A stretch of DNA of 64,000 nucleotides, taken from Octopus sinensis (Eukaryota). Position numbers and translations under genes: made by a program. Below are positions 12,501 through 26,707 of this stretch, in pieces. Each line of letters begins with the position of its first letter. Position 1 is the first letter of the stretch. Under the pieces are notes generated by a model. The model searched no databases and was not told the DNA's origin. It saw only the letters and a program-made list of their open reading frames with translations. The stretch is from positions 78,926,001-78,990,000 of the forward strand of contig NC_043002.1 of NCBI RefSeq assembly GCF_006345805.1, in the 5' to 3' direction.

Positions 12501-15500
12501 TAATACATTCACTGCACTTGTACTTAAAAAAATTTGTTGTTGTTTTGCCTCAATTAGCTGTCTGCATACTTTATAAGGTACTTATCAGTATCTAATATGC
12601 ATCTGTTTGTATGTATCTATCTACTTCATTTGGTATCTATATGTATTTTATCAAAGCTTTCATGTAATGCTATTGTTTAACCCCAGGTCATCTCTGATCA
12701 AGTAGACTAATGCTCAGTCTATTTGAATCATATTCGTTGTATATTTTTATAAATTTAAAATTACATTGTCCAGTATATCTTTTCACTTTTAATGACAGTA
12801 AGGTGTGATTTTAAAGCAATTTAGCTGCTATTTAAAGCTGATCAAACATGAGCTAGATTAAATTATAATAAAATTTAATTAACATCATATTTCATTCAAG
12901 CTATGAAGAAGGTAAAAACAGGCTCAAGTTATTAGTCAGTGAAAGTAATAACTTCTCGTACATATGCATGAACTGATTGTTTCATTTGTGACCATTAACA
13001 TTATAAAATATTTCAGGCTCGATCCATTAATGGGACTTTTGTCAATGAAGATAGCCATCACTATATGTACACACCAATTGATACATTCACTGTTAAACAG
13101 TGGTTTTCAAGAACGGGTAAATACCTTCAGATTAAACCATTAGAAAAAAATCTCCGGTGCAATTCAAAGCTGAATCTTGATATTTTATACACAGCTACAC
13201 TCAGAGAAAGAATTAACCTTTATTATTTGGTGAGTATCTGTCATCTATTTATTACATAACTTCTTTAATGCAACCCCAGAGATAATAAACTGCCATTTCA
13301 ATTGTCCCATACATTGTGTGTGTGTGTGTGTGTGTGTGTTAGGTTAGTAGAATTGCTTATCATCCAAATCATTCCTATAAGATTCATAAAGATGACTTGT
13401 GAAGACATATCATAGTAACATGAATCATTAGCTTCAAACAACAAAATAAAGTAGTAAGCACATTTTTCATGCTTATACAATAAAATTGCACACACACACA
13501 CACACACATACACATAGAGTTTCTCTATAATTGAATTTCTCTCATGATATGTATTATATATTCTCCATATAAGTATTTTTTCTAAATCAGTTTTAATGTC
13601 TTAAATTTTAAGTTATCATTTATGTGTAATAAAAAAAATAATAACTAAACTTTTTAATAAACTTGCTAGTCTATATGCAATTACTTATTACAAGATGAAA
13701 TGTGTTGAGAAAATTTCCAGTTTAAGTATATTTGCTACTCCTTATATTTTCAACTTTTATCTGTTTTCCAGGTTATGTCAAAAAGTCAAATAGTTGCCAA
13801 TGGTCAGATAGCTTTTCGTGCTGATCACCGTTATGTTTATAGAAAAGAAAATTTTAACAATTCCCTTAAAATTACTGCTGATCCAGATGATGAAGTTTTA
13901 TCTATGATGCCATATTCTAACCAAACTCAGTCTTCACCTGGGTACCAAAAAGACGCAAAACACAAGCACATAAATTACAAAAGCAAAAAGCATGCTAAAA
14001 GGGGTATGTCTCTTTTAAAAAATATATTTATATTTGTCATTTATAAAATACATGAAATATAAAAATGTTTAATCAATTACTTTCAACAAATTTTATTTTT
14101 CTACAGAAAATAATCGAAGATCTGATTCAGCACCCTTTATGGCTAATTTTGAATTTGATATCGACCTCATCCCTGAGATGTCTCCACTCAGTTATGTTTT
14201 GGTCTACTTGGTTGACGATAATGGAGAATTAGTTGATGATTACCAAGAGTTTTCAGTTAACTCCTGTTTCAAAAATGAAGTAAGTTCCCTGTATTTCTTT
14301 TAAACATATAGCAATTAATTCTTTGTGTATATTTACATATATAAAGGTGAGTTTTGAAAAGTGTGAGAACTTATGAATTGATATTTTCTGCCCCAGCCTT
14401 TTTTTTTTTTTTTACCTTCTGAGCCTAGTTGAAAGGGATGTATCTATGATTGTTGCAGTCCCTCCGCCAAGACTGGTGAAATTGTGGCCATTAATTTTCC
14501 ATTGAAAACACATGCAGAAAAAACATAAATAGAGAAGAGACTACAGAGGGCCAAATTTCTAAGAAGGAAAAACTGGGCATAGTGATTAGGAAAGACGTGT
14601 GCAGATAAGAAATTCCAGAAGACTGACATTCAGAGAAAGAAATCCTGGCATAGTATTTGGTGGGAACACAAGAGTGATAAGATGAGAAGTGATGAGTCAG
14701 GTATACATTAGTGGTGATGGCATGAGTCCAATCAACTTTGAGGAGTGGAGGCTATTTAGTACTGATATTTACATGTCATACAAAAAATTATAAATATTTA
14801 CAGTAATATTAACTTACAAAGATAATGTCATTAACAAAGTTAATTTTTTATTAATATTTTTCTTTCCATATCTAGGTAGAATTTGAGATTCCAAAAGGAC
14901 CACTCTACCCAAATGATTATATTACATTTAATCTGAAAACTACTGGGAATTCAGTATGTGCTATAAACTTGGCAGACCGAAGTACCTTTTCTGGATGGGA
15001 TAACTGGGTTACAGAACAACAGGTAAGCATGAAACTATTTTTATAATTCATTAATTCCAAGTTACTTATGATAGGCACAAGTTTGTTCCCTTCACAGACA
15101 TGTGGTTCCAGATTTGGTCATACTTTCAGCAAGTGTCTTCTAATGTGGTTTCCTGAAGCTGGCCGATGCATTGTGAAAGAAATTTGATTGATGGAAACTG
15201 TGTGGAAGCCCATATGTGTATTTGTGTGCATGCACGTGTGCATTTGCTTCTGTGTATACCAGCGCATTCAAAAGATAACTGTATCTATCTGATAAATAGA
15301 GACCTGTGTTTAATATAATCAAGTAAAACTCTTGAATGATGTGCCATAGCATGGCCATAGTCCAGTGACTGAAACCGATAGAAAGATGAAAAGAGGAAGT
15401 AGCAACAGTGTTATGAATGAAATTTCAACTTTGTCTCCTCATAAATTTATTCACACACACACACGCATTGCCATGGAGCTACTTACTCCATTTAAACCAT

Positions 15501-15786
15501 AAAAGTATGTGAAGAGAAAAAAGAGAGAATTACTTTCAGTCAAAGAAAAAAGTGACAAATATGACTGACTCTCAAGATCTTGGAGTAAACATGATTACAG
15601 TTCTATATTTAAGAGGTGAGGAATTATATACATTATTTACGTTATTTACAATTGACAGATATTTGTCCTTATCTTGTTTGTTGTTAACACAACATTTCGG
15701 CTGATATACCCTCCAGCCTTCATCAGGTATCTTGGGGAAATTTCGAACCTGGGTTCTCATTCCTAAGGTATTTTTTAATGTTATTA

Positions 15787-15822
<36 letters not shown>

Positions 15823-15958
15823 TCACTGCCTGGAATCGAACTCGGAATCTTGGGGTTAGTAGCCCGCGCTCTTAACCACTAAGCCACAGGCATATGGCAT
15901 AGTGGTTAAGAGTGCGGGCTATTAACCCCAAGATTCCGAGTTCGATTCCAGGCAGTGA

Positions 15959-16000
<42 letters not shown>

Positions 16001-19000
16001 CATTGAAAAATACCTTAGGAATGAGAACCCAGGTTTGAAATTTCCCCAAGACACCTGATGAAGGCTGGAGGGTATATCAGCCAAAATGTTGTGTTAACAA
16101 ACAAGATGAAGACAAATATCCATCAATTGTTAATAATGTAAACATAATTAAATTACAAATCTACATAGAAATGTCGGACTATATATATCGATTATACTAA
16201 AGTGACAGATTTATATTCTGTAAGGTAATTTTCATGAGTTGCAGTAATGTCTTTGTATCTACAACCTCAGCTTTAATTTATTGGTGTGGAAACACCATAG
16301 CATTAGCATAGTATTTAAAATATCATATTAGACTATTATATATGGTTGTGTGGATAAGAAGCTTGCTTCACAACCATAAGGTTTAAGTTTCAGTCCCATG
16401 ACTCAGCACCTTCTATTGTCTCAAACTAACCAAAGTTTTGTGAGTGAATTTGGTTGATAAACTACAGTAAGCCTATCATGTGTGTGTAAATGTTCATGAG
16501 TGTTAATATTTCCTGTATGTTGCCACTTGAGTGGAATAGTTTTGATGTTGGCATCCTCTGTTGATATTATGACTAGTAACTTTGTACATTCAAAGATCTC
16601 TGGGGAAAAAAAAACATCCCTCATTTGAAAAACATCTAAAGGTTGGTGACAGAAAGAGCATCCAATCATAAAATCCTGCTTCAAATAACTCCCCTTCCAA
16701 CCCATGCTAACTTCAAAAACTGGATGCCAAACAAACAAATAAATTAATGAATATGATTAAGAAGTGGTTTCCTCATTCATGCTTAATGAAAATATACTCT
16801 GTATTAATTTTATCTTTATGATATGTTTTGTTGTTTATTATTTTTTTTAAAGTATTTATTTAACTTTCACTCATAAAAAAAAAATTTAATTATAAGAATA
16901 TATCCCTTTTATTTTGTAGGTTTTCAATAAATTAAAAGAGCATCATTTTCAATTGAGCAGGTTTTATTCTGCTGAAGATAAATATTGCCAGAAGGTTCTG
17001 CTGGAAACACAACATGGAATTGAAATGAATGGTATGTACAGAAATATTAATTTCTTATAAATATTCATTTCTCTTTTTGTTTTATCTTTGTTAAACTCAG
17101 GAATTTGTGGTGTTCATATCAGGTAAACAGATAAGGTTAATGCAGTTAATTTTCAGCTTGTAACTCGTACATAATCTTGAAGATTGAGCAACTCTACCTT
17201 CTGTACCATGTTTAATTTCTTAAATTCCTTTAATTTGACAATATCGAACTCCATAAAATGTAAAAGTTTCATAAATTCTACAAGTCAATTCTATCATGCT
17301 AAGTCTACTGGCCAAACCTGAAGTTCCACAATGGAATACTACTCCTACATTTGAGACAGTGCTGTTAATATAAGCACAAATATCCTGGTCTACGTCAAAA
17401 AATTTTTTAAATCCTCTGACTAATTCGCAAAAACTAACTCCTCTCTTCATTACAAACATTCGTGAACTGTGGTTTAACCTGAACCCTATTCCATCTTGCT
17501 AACTCGCCCTATTCCTCACTGACAAAAAAATCTCACCCCTCACCACACACACACACACACACATACAAATATGCACTTATCTATGACCTGTCTTTGCTGT
17601 ATGGGCTACACCCCAAGTTTCAATTTTGCTTTTTGAGAGGTGGGTTTTTTGTGTATTTAAAAAACACTCTACTCTCTTGGCAAGTACTTTGCCTCAAAGT
17701 ATCTCACCTCATTCCTCCAAATCTATATGCTGCCTCTACCACTCTCCAAGTTCCTCCAATCACCAACAACTGCAACAAGGATCTTTATCAACTTTGCAGA
17801 ATCTTCCAACTGATCATTACTCACTTAAGATGATTCCTTGGTCAGAACTCTTGTGGTGGCGCTGGCATTTGCTTCTTGTATTGCTCGCAACTCCACAACA
17901 CACTCATTCAAAAAGAATAAAAACTTTTCTTGTCTACTCCTTGCCATCACTTAAGAATAAGAACTATCTTTGGGGTGCAGTATTCTAATCAAACTCTCCA
18001 ATCTTCCTCTTTCTACAGAGACCCATCTCATTCTTTGAAAACCTGCTGCAGTATCACTCATCCTTAGAATAGCAACCTGACTCTACTTACAACCCATTAT
18101 CCCAATAGCTCCAAAGTGATGGAAACAGTCCTTATCAGTCACCTTCTCCAGCACATTGAGTCAGTCTCTTCGGAGACCAAATGATAGTATGACTTCCACA
18201 GAGCTAGATCTACTAGGTACTTGCTCTCTGGTGTGATTCACCAATAACCTTTTCCTTTTGCAGGCCTGTCATCAGACTTCACTTCCTGGGGTGCTTCACA
18301 ATATTCTGGGTTGGCACTAATTTGTATTGCAGGAAGATTTTTGTAAACTGTATTTTCTAAATCTGAATAGTACGGGAGCAGTGCTGTCCAGTGCACCCCC
18401 TTAGCAACATGTGCTCTTGAGAAGTTCAGCAAAAGCAATGTTATACTTGACAGCAGAAAAGTATTTGACTTTGTCTGGCATAAGTATCTCCAAACAAAAT
18501 CACTCACCTTCATCCATCTCCCATCTCTTTCTGTTAGATCACAACATTTAAGCATTTGCTAACTGAGCCCTCTCTAATGCACACGCTGTCAACTTTGATG
18601 TGCCTCAAGGTTTGGTTACATACCCCACTCTTTTTCCTCCTCTATATTACAACCTGCTTTGTTTGTTGTCACTTTTAATAAAGTTAACTTCTATGTGAAT
18701 TATGTCAGTTTGTACTCCTTCCTCATCTTCCCATAGTGACATCATTCACATTCAACCTAAATACCTCATGCCAAACCTGCCTTGTCTCCAAAAAGAGAAA
18801 ATTTGAAAACATTCCCTTATGGAAACATAGCAATTCTTTCTTTTCCAACAGTGCAAAGACACACTCAGCACATATCATGGAAACAATCCTGTATCTCTAT
18901 AAAGTCTTGAACAACACACAATTAAAACCCTCAAAATCTCTATGAATGCTCAGCCACACAATTTCTGTTCTTTCTTGGTGATTCCACATGCATAACAGCT

Positions 19001-19437
19001 AATATTATATCCCAAAGACTAAACTTCCTCTTCAGTACCAGAAAATATTTCTGCTGTGGTCAATTGCTAACTCTATAATGCTGAAAATGTGCAATGGAAT
19101 GCTTCTACATTTTCCATGCTTGCATGGGTTGGATGGTTTGACTAAGGTCTGGAGAGCCAACAGCTGCACCAGGCTCCAATCTAATCTGGCAATATTTCTA
19201 CAGCTGGATGCTCTTCCTAACGCCAAGCACTCCGAGGGTGCTTATTGCATGCCATCAGCACAGGAGCCAGTGTCAGGTGGGCCTGGCATCAATCACGTTC
19301 AGATAGTACTTTTTACATGCCACTGGCGTGGGGGCAAACATTTAAGATTGCATCTTAACAATAGCTATCTAACTGATAGCAAAGACTCACTCATCAACAC
19401 AAATTGGACTGTGCCTCACAGATATACTGTCACTACA

Positions 19438-19470
<33 letters not shown>

Positions 19471-22400
19471 ATTGCTACTATAATGGTCTCTGCTTATCAA
19501 AACTATCTAGTTACATATCATCTTTACACAGGCCCATCTTCACTCATCCATCTCCTTTCCTCACCACTCATTCTTTGTCTCCTCCCATAGATCCTGCATT
19601 AACCATTTCTCCCAATCCTTCCTTCTAGGCATGTTTACATTCTGGAATATTTCCTGCAGATATCATAATAGATTTTCAAATTAAACATCAACTATACCAA
19701 TGTCACCATTTTGGAATTCCTGTAAAGTTTCACATTTCCCTGTCTAAACCCTACAAAAAAAAATCTTTTTTTTAAATTTCAGTCTTTTATATATCTCTAA
19801 CTGGAAACTGATTTCTGCTTATTGATTCTGTAATGTATGTATGAAACAAATTGAATGAAGATATAAAATTTCATCTCAAATCCCTTAGAATAAAAATCTA
19901 GAGGGGATGAATAAAGAGTTTATTCTTTTTAATATTAACAAAGGTTAACTGAAATTTAACAGTCATTTCTTTTTGTTTTATCCACTTCTGTCTCTTCCTT
20001 TTGTTTTACCCTTTTGGTACCAACACACCTAAGAGGAACTCTCATTTTATGATACAAAATCTTTCATTATAAAGGGTTCATACTTAAATTAAAGCCTTCT
20101 AGCATAATTCAATATAAGGAAATTTTGTTTAGTTAAGTTCTGAACACTATCTTAATATTGAAAACGCTATTTTACTAAACTTGTGAATTTGTGTTGCAAG
20201 ATTCCTGATGTGAGACTCTGTGTTGAAACAGATATTGTTATATTTCAGTATGGTCGTTTTTTTTTTTTTTGTTGTTTTTTTACCAAATAAACACACACAC
20301 TATAGAGCAGGAGCATATGAGGACAGAAAGTGTCACTGAAGGGATCACAGATGTGTGATGAAAGGGTTTCGAACAATGGACATGAGTTAAAATAAGAACA
20401 ATTATAAATGAGTGAAGAACGAATATATAGTGCATGTATTTATTTGACAAAAGAAAAATTGATGACTATCCTGAAATATAACAATATTTTACTAAATCTT
20501 TCCACATTCTTAATTATTTTCAAAATCAATTGAATTATATGGACTGTAATATAGCAACAATGGAGTTAACTTATGTTCTAAATCTTATAAAAATAATCAC
20601 GAGTGTTATAAGACAATTATGTAGTTAGATGCAAGTAAGGTAGAATTCTTTGAGCTTTTATTTCATAAGTTTGAATTTTACTGCAAGCATTACATTGTTC
20701 CTTAAGAAAATATTTAATTTTTTGTGACTAAATTCCAGCATTATTAAGAAATTTGCTATTTTGTTTATTTGCAATTTTTATTAATCGTTACTATTTATTG
20801 TTTATTATTCTTGATTAAATAATGTATATTCCTCTTTGATACAGAGCACAGAAAGAAACGGGTTGCTTCTGTATATTCATCAAGATATGTTGACGCAATG
20901 TTTGCTTTTAAGGTAAGACTGAAGTGATTATTTAATAATTTGTAGGTGCTGGAGTGGCTGTGTGGTATGTAGCTTGCTTACCAACCACATGGTTCCGGGT
21001 TCAGTCCTACTGCGTGGCACGTTGGGCAGGTGTCTTCTACTATAGCCTCAGGCCGACCAAAGCCTTGTGAGTGGATTTGGTAGACAGAAACTGAAAGAAG
21101 TCTGTCGTATATATATTATATATATATATATGTGTGTGTGTTTGTGTGTCTGTATTTGTCCCCCCAACATCGCTTGATAACCAATGCTGGTGTGTTTACG
21201 TCCCCGTAACTTAGCGGTTTGGCAAAAGAGACCGATAGAATAAGTACTAGACTTACAAAGAATAAGTCCTGGGGTCGATTTGCTTGAATAAAGTCGGTGC
21301 TCCAGCATGGCCACACTTAAATGACTGAAACAAGTAAAAGAGTAAAAGAATAACGGAGTAAGTGCTTTAGATTCCTGGTAAATTTCCAGGAATTTTGATT
21401 TCTGATTGGATCCCAGGCTTGACTGAATGCCTAAGAAATCTCCTTCACAAATATGATGCCTCACTGCCTGGCACCTTAGATGAGCAAGGGACTTTTACAA
21501 TTGCCTCAAGTCAGCCCAAACCATAAGAGTAAAATTATGTTGACGGTACTTTGTAGAAGTCTGTATTATGGATTTTGCCTGTAGATAAAATTCTTATCAT
21601 AATTAGTATCATGCTGAGTCTACCTGAGGATTATGTTATGGATGTAAGTATCTGTGGAATATTCAGTCACAAAGTTTATAATAAAATAAAGCAGTTCTGT
21701 TGATTGAACAACTGAAACTTGTATTGTAAAAACTGACACAAGCTGTATCATATTTATATCACTAATGAACTTAAGACAAGAAATCATAAAATTATATATC
21801 TTTTTTGTCTATAAGTCTAATATTTTTTGCTTATGTTAGGAATAAAATATTTACTTACTGTCAAACAATAACTGATTAATTAAGTAATAAATTAGATGAT
21901 ATGCTACATTTTCCTATCATAAATATATCAGTGATGAATAATTATGTAAAAGTAATTAAAATTACAATTCTGTTTGTAAACATTTGGATATTCTTATACC
22001 TGATGCAATATTTACAACACAGTCTTTGACACAGTGTTTATGAGAAATGAATATATCAATTCTTGTTGTTCAGTTGAATTAGGTCAGTCTAGCTTGGTAC
22101 TTAGACATAAGATATTTAGAATTGTATACCGTCTGCTGATACTTCCGAACATATCTACATTCATGTATTTTCATGTTCGCAAAATGATAACTTTCTCATT
22201 TACAATGATAACACAACACATAGATAAGGAATAAGAAATAGCTTACAAAATTGTCTTCTTTTAGATATATGCTTGTACTTTTCTTTTCTTTAAATATCAT
22301 AATGATAAAGGATGAAACTTTCTGGCGGTATATGGCTTCTATTGTGTCATTCAATCTCTAAGGGGTGTGAGATTAATAGTCTGCTGTGCAAGTAGGCAAG

Positions 22401-22642
22401 CATATTGTTTTAGATATTTAGAATTGTATTCTTTATTACTAAAAAAAAAAAGAATTTCTGACATGCAGTTTCAACAGGTTTCTTTCGAGTTCTTGAAAGA
22501 GTTTTCTACATTATTTTTTACCATAAATTTATGAGACAACTTTTCATTGTCTTGTTGTTTAGCTCTGTGCTATTCCAGATCAAGTAGACCTAAGCTGAAA
22601 GAAGCTGCAGTTAGTCTTCTGTAGATATAGTATGTGTCTACA

Positions 22643-22724
<82 letters not shown>

Positions 22725-22874
22725 TGTGTATGTATGCACATACATGTATATATATGTATGCACATATATATATATGTGTGTGTGTGTATATATATATGTG
22801 TGTGTATGTATATATGTGTGTGTATGTATATGTATGCATATATATATGTATGTATGTGTGCCCACACACACTCA

Positions 22875-22908
<34 letters not shown>

Positions 22909-22987
22909 TACATACACATACATATGTATATGTGTATGTACATACATATATGTATGTACTTACATATGTATGTATGTACACACACAC

Positions 22988-23019
<32 letters not shown>

Positions 23020-25111
23020 TATGTACATAGACATACATGTACACACACAGACACACACACACACTTCTTTCAAAGACAGCATGGTATCATTTGAGGGAGA
23101 TTTGGTTACTATTTATAGAAGGTTGCACAACCACATAATCTTCCACATAAATTTCTCTTTTTCTGTAAAATGTTAAGTGGTGTTAAGTAAATTTTGAAAC
23201 AACTGCAAGGGAATAGACCAAAACAGATCTCAAATAACCATGAAACATAACACTGTACACAACTAGAACTTTTAAATACAGTCACCTCTTTAGTAGTGTT
23301 TATTGTATATTGACCATTGTTAGAGATAAGTTTATTCTGAAAAGAACCCCTAATAACAGAATTGTTTTGTGGCTTTTGAATATTTCTTGTAACTTTTTTC
23401 TGTCCATTTTTATAAACCAATCTAAGTGAGAGGGATTTTGCAAATTGACTTTTATTTATAAAGTTAGGAAAAGGATAACACACTGGAAGAGTTCTTTAAG
23501 CATTGGATATTATTCCTCACAGCATTTGTTCTGACATTCTGCTATGGTCAACTTTATATTTCACCCTTTCAGGGCCAAAAAAAGCATCAATCCAGTGTGG
23601 GGAATTGGTTAAATTGTTAGAGTATAAAACAAGATGCCTTGTCATATCTGTTTCAGCCCTGAGTAATTTAATAGCAACACCTGTGATGATACAAAGGTCA
23701 AGTTGTATTGGCACAAAGGCAGTGGAATTTCTCTTGAATAATATTGGTTGTGTGGACAGAGACATAGCCAAGTTCTAAAGTTAGGGGGAGCAAGTACATT
23801 AAAAATTTTTAAAAAGTGCTGAACTCATTTTTCAATAGTTGAAAAGGTGTAAATTTTGAAAAATGAGCTCAGGGGAAATGGTCGCTTCCCCCTTGCTCCC
23901 CTATTAGCTATGCCACTGAGGGTGGAGAAGGAGATTGGTAAGCATGAGTTACAGTCAGTCTTCCACAAAAAAGCCTTAACCAGGTCTATGCACACCAATA
24001 CAGATAAATGGCCAACCCAGACTAATAGAGACCCTTATTTAACTTGGTAGTTCTTTTTTTTTCTAACCTAACAACTCAACTATGAGTTAAATTTTTCAGT
24101 TAGCTTGGCAAACTGACTATGGAACAGGTATCTCTGGCTATTTTCTCTTGTCGTCCCTATAAGTTATCATGCTACTCTGTAGTTATCAATACAAATCCTA
24201 TATCAGGTCATTTTATGTCCTTTCAGAATATAGTTGAAATATGCTTTGCTGACAAAATCATACAAGACCAAAACATAGCTGGAGTTGTCACTATACTACC
24301 AAACATTAGACTCATACCTCAGCATAGTCTGTTTCATTAATTTTGATTATTTTAAATTCCAAAGTTATCCCCCTGTCATTCTTAACTAGAATTGGTTTAA
24401 GATGATGACTATTTTGTCATCATTAGGGCTGTAATTTTAATAAACCAAAATACAGCTATTTTTTTAGTATCCACTTCATTCTTAATGTTTCCTGCATCAG
24501 GAATCACAGGTGCTTTCTTCCACTCATTTCTCAAGGTAAGTAAGGTTGTGTACCTTGCTCAGGGCACAATACTTTGGTAAGGTTTAAATTCTTGGTCAAT
24601 ATTTCAACCATTATATCTCGGATCCTTAAAATATATTGAGAAGTGGATGACAATAGTCAGTTTTAGAAATGGTAAAATTAATCATGAGGAATATTTATTT
24701 ACATTTTTAATTTTGTGCATTGTTTGTGGAATCATGTGGTTTAGTAGCTAGGGTATTCATCTGATTTTAAGGTCATAAGTTCAGCTCCTAGTGGCGTATT
24801 GTGTCCTTAAGCAAGACACTTTATTTTTCATTGCTCCACTCCACTCAGCTGACAAAAATGAGTTGCACCTGTAATTCAACAGGCAAGTCTTAGCACACTC
24901 TGTGTCCTGATGAATCTCCCTGAGAACTATGTTAAAGGTTGCGTGTCTGTGGAGTGCTCAGCTAATTTGCATGTTAATTTCATGAGCAGGCTGTTTGGTT
25001 TGATTCTATCAACTGGAACATTTATCATCATAACCAACGGAGGACCAAAGCCATAGATATGTGTTGAAAAGGTTGAAATGCAACTGGTGTACTTGCTGGC
25101 CTCTGCTGAAA

Positions 25112-25207
<96 letters not shown>

Positions 25208-26662
25208 TTACTGTGATTTTAACACAGTTCCGTAAGAGATGTTATTGTAGAACAAATACTGTACTAACTGCCTACCCTACTTACAGAGTGTATACATTAT
25301 GCTACATAGATGGATATTTTCATTAAACGTAGCCTATACCAGATTTTAAATTCTAATATAAAAGTAAAATGCTGTTTTTTTTCTTTTCTTTTTTTTTTTT
25401 CTAAATTGTGAAGTATTTAATTTGAAACAGCCTACTTCTGAATAGATTTTATCGACTTTATCCATAACTTAAAAAATTTGTCCTTATATTTGTCTCAAAT
25501 AAATCAATAATTTGTAACAAATCAACTCTCAAATTTTATATTAAACTGTGTGGAATATATGATTGGTATTGATAAAAATCTCATTAGCAGTTTGCAGTAC
25601 AGAGTTCTTATAGATATAAGAAAATAGTTTGTTCATTGATTTTTGCCCTGATCCTATTTTGTATTTCCATACTTTTCAGAGTTCTGGACTAACACTTATC
25701 TCTGATATTAACCTGGAAACCCGACCATGCACTTGGCTACAAGCCCCAGTTGATCTTCCGAGTAAAGAAGCAACTGATGTGTTGTGTAAGTGATTTGTTT
25801 TGTATTTATTTTAGTTTAAGATTCATAATGGAAACTTCTATAAGTAAGAATAACTGTTTCTATTTCATAATCTTTTAGTGTTGTTTTATTTCAGGGGAGC
25901 AGTTTTATAATGTTCCTGAAACAACGACAACTGATACAAGTGTTGCAGAAGACGCTTTCATGCCAGAAGAAAGATTTGGAATATTAGATTACTTTTCAGA
26001 AACATGGTTATGGAAAGATCTAGAAACTAGGTAATTATTTTTTTTTTTTCCTTCTTTCTTCAAATTTTCTTCCATTTCTTGCTGAGTTTTTTCCCTACAC
26101 CTAGGGCAGAAAAGCTCATTGTATGCATTCCCAGATTACACACGCAAATTCATAGGTAAAATATGTATTTAAAAAATTAATAAATAAAAAATTCATGAAT
26201 GGATGTTGTTTTCACAGCGATAATGCTCTTCTCAGTACATGAGTCGTTCCAGTTAACACGATTTTTTGCACTTCCTGTAGGGATTGTAAGCCTGGTATCA
26301 TTTTCAAATAGGTTTCAGTAGCTTTTTTTTTATCATTCCTAGAGATCCTATAATCACTGGTACTGTAGTCGCCTTGAGATGCCACATTTTTTCAATTTCT
26401 ATTAGCAAGTCTTTATATTTACTGATCTTGTCAAATTCTTTTGACGCTATATTGTGATCGCAAGGAATATTCGTGTCAATTAATAAACACACCTTTTTTG
26501 TCTGATCTTTTATAATAATATCCGGTTTATTAGCTTTTATAGTTTTGTCAGTATGTACGGGGAAGTCCCAGAGAATCGACACATTTTCTCCCTCAGTCAC
26601 AGCTTCTGGATGGTGTTTATGCCATTTGTCAGTGGTTTTGATTTTATTATTAATTATCTTGA

Positions 26663-26707
<45 letters not shown>

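Noticed and set aside
15895-15962. tRNA gene
   Set aside because: A and B boxes are present but there is no complete acceptor stem; it runs into (AAT)n and is duplicated in inversion, so it is treated as a SINE head
20195-20245. Hammerhead-like string cctgatgtgagac...gaaacag
   Set aside because: The core is interrupted, stem II is poor and there is no stem I pairing; it cannot be supported
22632-23176. Long ORFs of Y/I/V/C/H/T composition (also about 3650-4120, 6143-6446, 42996-43293 and 53140-53448)
   Set aside because: They are translations of (TA)n, (TG)n and (ACAT)n microsatellites
23100-23915. ORFs 23109-23483, 23503-23778 and 23517-23771 as a nested gene
   Set aside because: No recognisable motifs or splice pattern; the sequence ends in gctatgccactg, resembling a DNA-transposon terminus, so it is probably a decayed TE that I cannot classify
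24907-24940. CTGATGA as another hammerhead
   Set aside because: No stem II or GAAA follows; it lies within a SINE body
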